NCBI GenBank assembly: GCA_945929875.1
Contig: CAMEOO010000003.1
Coordinates: 1 to 61,949, forward strand
Origin: an uncultured Bacillales bacterium
Lineage (GTDB): Bacteria; Bacillota_I; Bacilli_A; RFN20; CAG-449
DNA: 61,949 nt
Direction of reading: 5' to 3'
Shown here: piece by piece, positions 58,501 through 61,949 of the stretch
How positions within the stretch are numbered: position 1 is the stretch's first letter
Layout: every line of letters begins with the position of its first letter
Position numbers and translations under genes: made by a program
Notes under the pieces: generated by a model
What the model saw: the letters and a program-made list of their open reading frames with translations, nothing else
Database searches by the model: none
What the model was told of the DNA's origin: nothing

Positions 58501-59365
58501 TCAAACCGATAACGTCTTCTTAGAGAATATCGATATTTCTACAAAGAATGTATATGTAATCTCTAGCTCAACTTCTGGTAGCTTCTCTGAAACTTATTAT
58601 GAAGAATTTACTAGAGTCTATCTAAATATCTCTAAAGCGGTTGCTTGGTCTAGCTACTATGTAATCACCTATAGAAATGTTGAAGAATACAACTTAGGTA
58701 TCTATCAGCTTGAACAAATGAAGTTCTCTAATATTTATTCAGCATACTATGCAGATATTTATAACGAGTATAAAGGTAACATTATCTTTACTTCTAATCC
58801 AAGTGAAGCTTACGTAATTAAGACAAAAGTCTTAACTGACTATAATGAACTAACACCAAAATACTTCTTATATAATGTTGGTTATGACGAAACTGGAGAT
58901 ACTGTTACTACTGAAGGTGAATGGATGGCTGTTAATGAAGTCAGTAGCGCTTCTAAGTCATACAAGTACTCTTGGTACTTAGTTGGATCATTTAACTCAT
59001 GGACGGTCTGCGATAGCAAGTATGGTTTGATCAAAGTAGGAGAATCAAAATATAATGATAAGACTACAAATATCTACTATGGCTATCTATCATTATCCGA
59101 TAGCGCCCAAGTTAAGATTGTTAGAGATGCTGAGTGGCATGTAAGCTATGGTTACAATAATAAGTTAGCAAATATTAGCGATAGTATCTCTTACGACACA
59201 AGCTTTGTTCAAGCGGGATTCGATGGACAAAATATTACTCTAGATATAGGTAATTACTTGATCGTATTTGAAGCGACGCAAAGTGAAACTGATCAAAAAA
59301 GAAATGATGAACAAGTATTTAAAGCACCTGAAAATGCATGTATCCATATCATTAAGTTATCTTAA
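40538..59365 (+). CDS. Giant (6275 aa) multi-repeat surface protein / putative glycan-binding adhesin with a SipW-cognate-type N-terminus
   Basis: RBS AAAGGAGG 7 nt before ATG 40538. Uninterrupted 18.8-kb frame. Recognisable BspA-type LRR, Listeria-Bacteroides repeats, MBG-like, GLUG-like and many aromatic CBM-like modules. No LPXTG or C-terminal TM. Confidence 0.85.
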   Translation: MKQKMSKKNIMTLLMAMVFSFTTIVGAIVVSFSIWSGNKQSVPVVSEDFNASEDDFTFYAAIENIANDGGYDYYPLDSVPEDLSSLIKGLAVVRYEAFNKTAYIPSYPEVTILGKKYNVDGAHNYPVIHILKGYYSTSDYLGSNGLARNDSIETLIIPSTVNYIYEGAFAQMKNLKEVTILGTVNYNYVLNISNYISKTSLNIWDSNQTVGKDDPVDILQLNDEKTAYVSTVNLNTYNITTGSDGTTGIINYTSKTRGRQFESGVNYTTPIYGASEGQSSLTYDDHLYIEKGAFTNDNDASIAIDISANVDSYVFSTNHNVKFIWQDPNHCANTYSYSYETNKGDNQIFLFDQFNGLLRYNGEKNLYYTTFIPKVAMSSIEFSDTSTKESIGTFTYAFQPNVKYYLELTKQGSKFALNVKSISYVLRYKETDSSLNWTEKNLVLNTSETSVEEYSPSEILTLSNYPILFVHEKINDDLNTDSYINKFELDITNASYSSDCTSFDIRFSPSHVYQSIHYYSHVENEVESLRSITTKQRLNAEKVYYLNEVKKMVGDTTKGNEQVIITFPNNSNLPSLFVLAYSVYNTQEAYVYYDGKSPATNEKSFNEMTLNTSTNEFEYTFDLTYGSPMYISFIPGTYAQITGYPDYVVNGTTSTALETTLLDSSTNEPSSSKKRIYFDMKYGTSMDSTNDGSYNETTKFTYNYKYYLWGWVGDSEGAWYTFNFFDQNCTLWYTDIPSDLTKGIIVRRKTSYTDSNGNTITPTTGAWKSNEGVVNRTGNIDLTLGNYIQFNRWGSEQIDSIDSIIVDVIDTNNSRRIYFDNSLAKDNNSFDSSTNTYNNSIIYYAYIFGSNEYKAWFKFYQYDTTCTLWYADIPVTDPSGSTIVKGIITRQRAGTAGTFDNVNDFYNKTEDITNLNSNNFYTFKSWVQNTNKFECSASNDNTKGIVNENLSHAQNNTYLIFENYGTSGNTVYVPLDENMGYDGKRVFAKVGTTFYQASELAYEFTLNNTDGVSRSISILKDTIVSAKIYNPYTNSYYDSTFGYSDTETGTNGDKKNLFEKTQDGKIHFLNNANVNIYFKVWLTESNVSSHRWWFSYKSNAIDDVKTAASQPDESFEKTSTLFSFSNDGDKIGTASDESLHSDVLDFGTSTSYTYFDATRDQGMISGQLTKISGNDRNVIFINITDDILNHPSLNKANLGVRIQTYTVNWLQIKQNTKYHGSIKLNKNNYMVESLSNYNNNYFDVEIYDKTTNKIYFATKDLTNAETKNTITLGHKYEINSYTDTTPTRTLYYYDGTTNNEILHTDGNTYTLSTIGSEIVDLSNVYFNLSSITSDLNIINIYVYDASGNLLNENDPLTSSNGLNYDESRDQYYFSKTYKSSTIAKFKIVLKTFKIQTKLSHIEIVKSYTLTRNFANTSFEEYVYSGELSSELNNNKYVVSIFKDQGSTIGSTSLKFYGYSSSDDSIGIYKLNNENCFVLFTPNSNTGYQKIFYNIYDESDTLIGTLYYDENRTEEKGYQSFVGNVPLNGKESSYFYIKSSGENPEIVGVFLLLSDGSIKHVSGTENAQMSSIISILGSGSSALENVELPVSDQVYASIQDPSANASELIYPYYLVGDFNNWRISNEYGLIPNGQNFSWGSRFSLTTGLNQAYYYMINNVYIEQGQKFKISNGQYYISIEETASRDAPSSAERNQGAALEINSYNFTNAGFTFEDNGFITVKKSGYYNLSMRYWSVEFISDRLVSSANFRIGYNTNTSKTETVDIYFKNEMGWDNVNYYAWNDEDTSKTISEGSLIPLDGSQTDEAGNPIKQTINGDMDWYKVSYKYSYADTIPNKIYFYTNTDSNNVFDRTIDLDFVIDDDVEKSKTMFFTPNSVNGKVATQSQRTMYVNIGSELSSKNYVIAAYLTDYDKNSTFIKLDKINSEIGLYQLNVNIRYKTIQIVALVTNTSEYTVDKKSNKLVYVSRSMTISPVQNYYYLSTGVDKTFEDSLDVATNYLNLKSIVQTRSANYYVDLANSTDSITKRVNIYSAEGNYLCFDNLDPSTYVKGTIIKETFESNGNKKETPVCSLTLSKENNLFDITYLDEVNKTFQATLSSSNYTYFHKYIYSNSTPYLFYLRTSENWSSNKYGLLFDKDNDAFVIEGITLKAGIGIKLFDYSGKSYAISTTLANFKYDENDRSSLVVNATSLYTIIARVSSDSNNISLNLYTTESYFSTLGSGYSDTTLEVRDEKGNLVGSYPMIQTINARNYYYDVYLKPGYELTVYDPNISFKDNANVYTLSPSETSSLYRVYFASTGGMKSSRADDTSEWKNWKHQYINIIKKATKTIEFSPSAIFNGAYITTVTDAVVNEEKQSDSYNVKINEQTNLFYVNTDNNSNKVALSWNNTNSSSSESATSVYSACISTTGFNETVYIYDKDLILIDKMTIVFPGSYYVYFCQKAIYRSSTSDALSCVTAERIQGESVYSILVGEVEYDENTDEFSGSYKEYELNNNYNINFDEYSPENNVSISNNIDLKKNPIYVIDDNYNIVTLVDNITVYDYRLNTAAFDKNTNYYIYENGQYIKKDITAFTPQVDYYVLSIYSTSNLESGVYELNYSIDNRRRKDDQYFVFTYLTFTRIPSSPIRLYYYQDDVYNPNEDYYASEVYVTSDFVSGASYELTEVTSFDPNKIYYIENSEGSYDQVMISVFEEGKTYYTLEKATTYDPSKTYYTYLYSKVNISNFLPNVDYYYYAMATEEGYSPEKDYYVIENGNYVPGTPNIVDQDYYVMKKATTFNNGLEYYIIDKTGEAKKYIKATLQVKEGLYSSSSFDDSTGYDPSIKDVYKDDGTNNYVKTPSVLVGTSESGSDYYQTSNLNNSNQYSLLSEGTKLYTTSDNNTYNESANVTISSSSDIYKSNLQEVNKVSDLVTSENGEIDASTVYYKKSGNDYIRVGKINDLVLKDGYYNMSIGNSFNSVKHHQVLDGTYYVKNGDKYEVASSILLQSNTYYTYSETIKSFNNSSTYNSIKNTNTIYTDSGCTKELDKIPGVSSGYYNELKGEVGSDKWIYYKLTIAELEDLYNKLDGASRIYFGYPDDSSNKFLSYNSVDYYLYTYNGLWYRQCASNTTYNPSTTYYVNYNGEYVNYKTLSDQESITIAVNISTKGLSNIGDTSGNNIYNAISKGTTYDSSLKYFIKSGTSYTQVNDITFDSTYYYLESTASLRNVYSSSDTYYTKNSDNTYSVVSDSGTITLGNTYYQLKYTPSSKTYDNGNTYYEYSNGSYVKVNNSDVQFSETYYYGFEKVADNETYDPNVSYFKLNGDNYSLITNTEDNYLTFSNTYYTFNDVTGNSYSSTSKYYTFDGTRYTLASAIKFDSNYYYNFKPTSGNYDSSLSYFAKNGSGGYLVTSEVVDLTYCYELDHVEASGSKYDSKIEYCEKIDNYYQVKTFDIASSLLGYYTLEKETGKFDSSKVYYAKNNYLTKTTDANETNISSGDFYIIKDQYTSESFYDSGLTYYVSIDDLNTLREANISVDGTYYDIATTPSTTKDPNKKYVTISYEKLAIKIVDEGSYSQPYDEENPYLGYYGLYQQYVEANQSITLATYEEIGGYAPEGKAFAGWATALSSNPSIVYADGKVINVGQGEGLVLYPVFADATYTVYTSIGPGYTIVKPDGSKMGNVVRSQNQEVKFMVEASTGYDKNSIVVSLLDKKNQVLVENLSSSNGIYTIPSTLMSDCYINVSISANTYTITFDKTYEGGTFTLANDSVEVVYGTNTTTPSISVPQGLLEGYSFTGWYYGNTKITNEYGTLLNRWSYDFDVTLVAKFKETLYFVLDTIDSNGNQVLPSEIMSVGKGETVRFTVSKTLAGYTLNNVKAYNERMEDITNTENFKFTIYNESYSFTMPSNTNITVIITYDIVDYSINYSLNGGYISTGSNPTSYNVLTNTFTLINPERLGYTFLGWTGTNITLTNNVTIAKGSTGNRSYFASWAPEKYSVTYEFPGLDSDLISSISNNNPSSYDIEDGMITLTKPSLENYTFVGWYSDNQLKTPISEFDYHSGNMTIYGLLQPVKAVYIDLKHVLNNEGGSIYPTSTYNYVMAYYNQANYSYYFSNVTGNIMTRHYDIGIYYAELPRNEYNQAYLLIVENSKLSNLTLDKYLTSDESKTNFANIYANSGLINLNYTYSGRYQNLIIFKDNSSGINSSDYSQLKTEELTFGYSIQSNYITTYDGSNKLNEALKNPSFPLEGITIDQMTVYEAKKSGFIELKGKNPTDIGVYFVNIPYIKIDGTIDPDLHKLILIGIDFAEFDMSGITFENQVYVRDGGAKQLFITGLLDEKLEVTYTYYKQDGNVLNGYPVEAGTYKVKAEFSIASKYSDIARNYKLPESMYATLIIYDSEKSLYTYTNSSGNSVSLYFALYVNDKIEAILTAQSGNSNIYELLNYSLKQGDSAVIKDSNGTSYLYWTNTDISTNHPFIVNEDQQYSFYFDVIGAKTTVTYQSNIKSYVNYYLYVDGVIAGQFYVDTTFVENSDVKNQYLLDHVFNGNETIEIYYGKKGESGFKLINEWDNYEQLEIDINAFSYLTEFSGEYTLYLKELKLADETTKMQIYVKLPRVPVYVTTPLSFNDVYLYYWNDQMNNSWRGEAMTLIESMTNNVSHTYMGYIDITATSLIFNFYIDGNDSLQQTKDLAYTFRKNYYILDEDYSATVVEWLKYTKYQNTYQITTDINEEATTKDQIKSISVNSLTGRVDYSSLTKTVTVLKLDKIIFDELGLSYGKATFEVVVTYGDNSKTTFTIEYISDGTKINPLLVYDREDFLNSVYKDDFINSDGIYYLQTGNFELSNKNEVTGLYDNTPRPYNSIYQFNGIYDGGNKTITYNDGTFNLDNSNGIFGVVGKDGKVVNLNIDICYGDDVTETPSGTSYHPTSAYEFYIGSVSSINYGTIDSVNVYSSKGMIRFWAIQYYGGITGLNEGIINNCKVTLNYQIYDYSENCSRAVGGIAGYNHNIITNCTVAKANAANPFILSDKPEARFTGAIAGIENGAYKDKSDASLIYPGCSYNVNLTLNDSNVNHDKSDGTTEISYGEKVIATVNLELINDWILQDYGENKVSGFKVSYYTSKDSFITNMYYMLGYNIFEENPQIDIFRGTSYIKLERITYQVTTTTSQGKQSLNGVFSFDANNVINVNDSDLKDLTSDASNTLAIYKITSGLSYKVLSSNREITNYVMVYDKTKVGVFSSGQVMKVETYGSDNKMISIDLYTIDLDYENEIKIYAGATKLIISRYSSSEETTTEDYVFTINEVKNKSLYLFIDNSSNNSYSWGYDGSINHTDITAYNYFNNVVSEETSLVYVTYFDKDHNIITEAEFDLSYNGNSFLVFENTSYMEISSTIGKNKYVSIIVKIKENVTNTDKLYFWYNNEENFDTYCWISSDKPASYNELNVKYLLNEFTTNKVVKVVSYDASNNAISIDVYSNTDRIKVYSSTSKMLISSFTSNGNNFNVVVSSIDTNKTLWIYKVNEISSLLPTSGMNYAFVEDKVASSNIKFINEEVTFKNGNSSLLVINYDSSNNIINLSTYEYALETNINVYSGTRYILIVKLLPNGCSTSTSIDYSTYSEDKPVLVLDNEDHLSWQASDYLPIIDEFEMQIQIEDWSKTTLIYYYNSRGELIKEKEYRTAPVMSISLYNNTSYMEVISKVGETIQYKVQASSIDTGKILFIVKNLDDQYVGVWSYAIDLLITSYIPVIYEVNIYNKFTVTCYNSDGIIINTIVYTMNENNYYFYDGTEKIKIVATNGSDITNTFNIKNTSFDLSKSLHFAYDSENNVTVSFGLNAHEVSGEKEDYTLTLVNTIPWWSADNALTKIYYMNGSSVVTIDTYEYQDELEIKIYKNTRSIIIARLVGRYNESSAISINTLQKGKTLKLSSPSTGKVVASWITTSDQEEAKTTYLYLDPSTSWASNETNKYRYALYAWNSSGNSWFDFTYDKVSKLYRVSWDEVIVFDPTAIIFVQFNESNVTNSFDYKVNQTDNVFLENIDISTKNVYVISSSTSGSFSETYYEEFTRVYLNISKAVAWSSYYVITYRNVEEYNLGIYQLEQMKFSNIYSAYYADIYNEYKGNIIFTSNPSEAYVIKTKVLTDYNELTPKYFLYNVGYDETGDTVTTEGEWMAVNEVSSASKSYKYSWYLVGSFNSWTVCDSKYGLIKVGESKYNDKTTNIYYGYLSLSDSAQVKIVRDAEWHVSYGYNNKLANISDSISYDTSFVQAGFDGQNITLDIGNYLIVFEATQSETDQKRNDEQVFKAPENACIHIIKLS
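48150..51160 (+). repeat. About 1000-aa block of degenerate Tyr-rich repeats ('..YD(P/S)(S/N)..YY....G.Y..V' alternating with '..F...YY.(L/F)..') inside the giant gene
   Basis: Read from the translation: for example 'TSFDPNKIYYIENSEGSYDQV', 'TTYDPSKTYYTY', 'TTYNPSTTYYVNYNGEYVNY', 'ETYDPNVSYFKLNGDNYSLI', 'LTFSNTYYTFNDV'. Confidence 0.7.
51210..52660 (+). other. Listeria-Bacteroides (InlB B-repeat / Flg_new-type) repeat region of the giant protein
   Basis: 'GYAPEGKAFAGWAT', 'LEGYSFTGWYYGN', 'RLGYTFLGWTGTN' and 'LENYTFVGWYSDN', each followed by a '...Y(P/A).(F/W)' strand. Confidence 0.6.
54850..55580 (+). other. GLUG-motif-like beta-helix region of the giant protein
   Basis: 'FNGIYDGGNKTI', 'GIFGVVG..GKVVNLNI', 'YYGGITGLNEGIINNCKV', 'AVGGIAGYNHNIITNCTV' and 'FTGAIAGIENG'. 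Confidence 0.5.
55700..58250 (+). repeat. Eight divergent ~100-aa tandem modules inside the giant gene
   Basis: Recurrent '..V..Y(D/N).....I.....Y.......I.(V/I)Y.(G/S)T...(I/L)I........I......K.L.(F/I/L)'. Examples: 'VKVVSYDASNNAISIDVYSNTDRIKVYSSTSKMLIS...NKTLWIY' and 'KIYYMNGSSVVTIDTYEYQDELEIKIYKNTRSIIIA...GKTLKL'. Confidence 0.6.
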
Positions 59366-59367
59366 TT

Positions 59368-59397
59368 AAAAGTGAGCGGTTTCCGCTCACTTTTATT
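59368..59397 (+). terminator. Strong rho-independent terminator closing the giant gene
   Basis: AAAAGTGAGCGG-TTT-CCGCTCACTTTT followed by ATTCTT. Confidence 0.9.
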
Positions 59398-59486
59398 CTT
59401 ACTTTTTTTATTTATGGAAAAAATCGTAAATAAAATTTACTTTTAAGAAAAAATTGTCAATAATGATAGATGAAAGAAGGTTTTTT

Positions 59487-60458
59487 ATGTGTACTGCAGC
59501 AACTTATAAAACAAAAGATTTCTATTTTGGTAGAACCTTAGATTATGAATTTTCTTATGGAGATCAAATTTGTATTACTCCAAGAAATTATTCTTTTAAT
59601 TTTCGACATACTGATAAATTAAACTCTCACTACGCGTTAATTGGTATGGCTCACATTGTAGATAATTTTCCTTTATATTACGATGCGATGAATGAGAAAG
59701 GTTTAGCTATCGCAGGGTTAAATTTTGTAGGTAACGCTAAATATAGTAAAGTGAAAAAGAATAAATTAAATATCGCTCAATTTGAATTAATTCCATATTT
59801 ATTAAGTAGATGTGAAAATGTTAAAGAAGTGAAAAATGTATTAAAAGAAATCAATATTACTGACACTCCTTATTCAAAAAATCTACCTGTTGCATCCTTA
59901 CACTGGATTATTGCGGATAAGGATGAATGTATCGTTTTAGAGTGTATGAAAGATGGGATGCATATATATTCTAATCCTATTGGCGTACTAACTAATAATC
60001 CATCATTTGATATTCAAATGTTTAATTTAAATAACTATATGGGAATTTCTGCTTCTAATAAAGAAAATACCTTTGGTAATATTCCATTAGTTCCATATAG
60101 TCGAGGGATGGGAGGGATTGGCCTTCCTGGAGATTTGTCTAGCATGAGTCGATTTGTAAAAGTGGCCTTTACAAAATTAAATTCAATTTCTAAAGATGAT
60201 GAAGAATCTTCAGTTAGTCAATTCTTTCATATTTTAGGAAGTGTTGATCAACAAAGAGGATGTTGTAAGTTGGAAGATGATAAATATGAGATTACTATTT
60301 ATACTTCTTGTATGAATGTTGATAAAGGATTTTATTATTATACAACCTATGAAAATTCTTCCATTACTAGAGTAAATATGTTTAATGAGAATTTAGATGG
60401 AAGTGACTTAATAAGTTTTGAAGTATTATCAAAATCTAGAATTCTATTTCAAAACTAA
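59487..60458 (+). CDS. Choloylglycine hydrolase family (bile salt hydrolase / penicillin V acylase-type Ntn hydrolase)
   Basis: 'MCTAATYKTKDFYFGRTLD' with Cys2 as the Ntn nucleophile, plus 'NEKGL' and 'LTNNP'. RBS GAAAGAAGG before ATG 59487; the ORF-track start at 59454 is too early. Confidence 0.85.
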   Translation: MCTAATYKTKDFYFGRTLDYEFSYGDQICITPRNYSFNFRHTDKLNSHYALIGMAHIVDNFPLYYDAMNEKGLAIAGLNFVGNAKYSKVKKNKLNIAQFELIPYLLSRCENVKEVKNVLKEINITDTPYSKNLPVASLHWIIADKDECIVLECMKDGMHIYSNPIGVLTNNPSFDIQMFNLNNYMGISASNKENTFGNIPLVPYSRGMGGIGLPGDLSSMSRFVKVAFTKLNSISKDDEESSVSQFFHILGSVDQQRGCCKLEDDKYEITIYTSCMNVDKGFYYYTTYENSSITRVNMFNENLDGSDLISFEVLSKSRILFQN

Positions 60459-60682
60459 ATTCATATTCTTTTATCAAACTTGTTTGTAACATTTATTACT
60501 AATAAGTTATAGACAAAAAGTTATAAGCCATATTGTTATTTTAGAAAGAACTTTTATTTCATCTTCAGAAAAAAGTTTTTATATAGTATAGAAAGAAAGT
60601 TTAATTCAAACAGGAATTTCTAAATCACAAATAGCAAAAATCAAATATAAGGGAAAAGAAAAATATATCGAGAAGATTAGAA

Positions 60683-61576
60683 ATGAAAAAAATAGATTCT
60701 AATGGACTTCTTCTAGCATCATTACAAGCAAAGATATTTGAAGAATCTCTTTTAAAAGTAAAAACTAGTAGTGAGATATTTATTAGAAGATTCATGCATT
60801 CTAAAATTGCTACATATTTTGATTCTACTAGTTTTCTTGATTCACCTAATTCTTTAGATTATGTCTTTGAAGAATTAGAGGAAGAATATGGAAAAAGTGA
60901 ATATGGAAAAGTAAAATACAATCAAGATGTACTGTTTTGGATTGGATATATTTATCGATATTTTTGTTATACCTACAATATTTCTTCAAAGCAAGCATAT
61001 AAGATAGTGAAACCCAAAGAACTTAATCAATTATATTATTCTTACCATTCTTTAGATTGCTCTTTAGCAATAGATAGAATTTTAGAAGCAAAAAACATTA
61101 GTTTTGAAGAAAAAGAAATAAACAAGAAGTTACTATCTCTAATTAGAAAAAGGAAATATATAGAAGTGATTAGTTTAATTAATTATTATTCAAAAGAAAT
61201 CAACATTTTCAATAGTCGTAAAATTAATAATGATTCACTTATAATAGATGAAGAAATTAATGAAATTAATTCTAAGATATTATTATCAATAGTTTATCAC
61301 GATGAAATAATAGGCTTAGTTATTTTAAAAAACATCGATAATTCTTCTTGTGAAATAGAGATTACAATTAATGAAGAAAGTAACAAAAATAAAGATATTT
61401 ATGAAGTTTTGTTAATTAAAGCAATTGACTATGTAAAAAAGAATTTAAAATTATCTTCTTTAAGCGCAGTAATATTAAGAAATAATGACCAAGTTATTGA
61501 TGCATATAAAAAAACTGGATTTGAATACGTTAACGAAGATGAATTCTTTGTGTATTTAAGAAAGAGGATAGCTTAG
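60683..61576 (+). CDS. Two-domain protein: unknown N-terminal domain + C-terminal GNAT-like acetyltransferase domain
   Basis: The C-terminal 'IIGLVILKNIDN...EIEITI......IYEVLLIKAIDYVKKNLKLSSLSAVILRNNDQVIDAYKKTGFEYV' follows the GNAT beta4-alpha3-beta5-alpha4 pattern. Confidence 0.5.
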   Translation: MKKIDSNGLLLASLQAKIFEESLLKVKTSSEIFIRRFMHSKIATYFDSTSFLDSPNSLDYVFEELEEEYGKSEYGKVKYNQDVLFWIGYIYRYFCYTYNISSKQAYKIVKPKELNQLYYSYHSLDCSLAIDRILEAKNISFEEKEINKKLLSLIRKRKYIEVISLINYYSKEINIFNSRKINNDSLIIDEEINEINSKILLSIVYHDEIIGLVILKNIDNSSCEIEITINEESNKNKDIYEVLLIKAIDYVKKNLKLSSLSAVILRNNDQVIDAYKKTGFEYVNEDEFFVYLRKRIA

Positions 61577-61606
61577 TAAAAAAAGATTGCCGCTAAAGGG
61601 GGATAA

Positions 61607-61670
61607 ATAAAAAACCTTGAAAAAAGTGCAGTTTTAATGAATAAAAACCTTGAAAAAAGTGCAGTTTTTA
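61607..61670 (+). repeat. Two tandem ~33-bp direct repeats AATAAAAA(A)CCTTGAAAAAAGTGCAGTTTT(T)A; two more CTTGAAAAAAGT(G/T) cores at 61766 and 61798
   Basis: Read directly. Copies at 61607-61636 and 61640-61670, and 'ACTCGCTTGAAAAAAGT' twice at 61761-61777 and 61793-61809. Confidence 0.7.
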
Positions 61671-61740
61671 AAATTTGGAATAGTATCTCTACTTATAAAA
61701 AGAAAAAAATAAGAATTTCTTTTAGTATCTATTTCTATTG

Positions 61741-61754
61741 ACTTGTGCACAAGT
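61741..61754. promoter_or_regulatory. Perfect 14-bp palindrome ACTTGTGCACAAGT overlapping a TTGACT hexamer (operator candidate)
   Basis: Read directly. TTGACT lies at 61738-61743. Confidence 0.45.
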
Positions 61755-61798
61755 GTACGAACTCGCTTGAAAAAAGTGCTTAAAGCTAAAAAACTCGC

Positions 61799-61826
61799 TT
61801 GAAAAAAGTTATTATGGATATATAAT
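61799..61826 (+). promoter_or_regulatory. Sigma-A-type promoter TTGAAA-16-TATAAT
   Basis: TTGAAA at 61799-61804 (part of the fourth repeat core) and TATAAT at 61821-61826. It precedes a GGTGAT RBS and ATG 61843. Confidence 0.5.
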
Positions 61827-61949
61827 ATGATTTGGTGATAAAATGAAACGTAAAATTTTAGAATATCTTGTTAATTGGAAAAATAATAAGAATAAAGTTC
61901 CGTTCCAGAAAACTTATAAAACTCTATAAAAGTTTATGTTTCCTTCCTA

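Noticed and set aside
61607-61810. Direct repeats considered as a CRISPR array or plasmid iterons
   Set aside because: There are only two full-length copies with a 3-4-nt spacer plus two partial cores. There are no spacer-sized unique inserts and no cas or rep genes nearby.
1-61949. Alternative genetic code (Mollicutes-type UGA = Trp), considered because of the very low GC content
   Set aside because: Trp positions in conserved proteins (tkt, pnp, pulA) are TGG. TGA terminates at least one well-delimited gene (22867-22869). Long ORFs are intact under the standard code.

Overview
AT-rich (about 30% GC by eye), standard-code Bacillota-type chromosomal segment (TGG = Trp; TAA, TAG and TGA all used as stops). 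It is probably from a gut lineage related to spore-formers (ytfI/ytfJ-like pair, SipW, choloylglycine-hydrolase gene); the taxon is inference only. (i) 1-18.6 kb is mainly core genes: thiI 3' end, ytfIJ-like pair, infC-rpmI-rplT with an L20-type leader/attenuator and a probable ATT start, M18 aminopeptidase, tkt, a CBS protein, an isolated MreB paralogue, pnp, a coupled HTH-ImmA/PIN pair, a CNNM transporter, and a pullulanase + starch-binding lipoprotein operon behind a cre-like palindrome. (ii) 18.7-28.2 kb is an accessory island without mobility genes. It holds four tandem, mutually divergent two-gene modules (ATPase + small TOPRIM-like RloB/DUF4276-type partner; AbiL/PARIS-like split-OLD architecture), two decayed partner genes, a ~175-bp junction duplication, phased operator-like palindromes and an orphan 302-aa ORF. 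(iii) 28.4-59.4 kb is a one-strand ~31-kb locus that looks like a greatly expanded tapA-sipW-tasA system. It encodes five proteins with TasA-type (SipW-cognate) N-termini, including a 6275-aa repeat-rich giant protein with many carbohydrate-binding-like modules and no recognisable wall anchor. It also encodes two SipW-type signal peptidases and a catalytically dead EAL-like protein. Nested between the two peptidases is a membrane-anchored McrB-family AAA+ NTPase with a coiled-coil partner that has no visible nuclease motif; this pair, in this context, is what I would follow up first. (iv) 59.4-61.9 kb holds a bile-salt-hydrolase-family gene, a GNAT-domain protein and a block of promoter-like direct repeats. 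No rRNA, tRNA, CRISPR array, transposase or integrase was seen.
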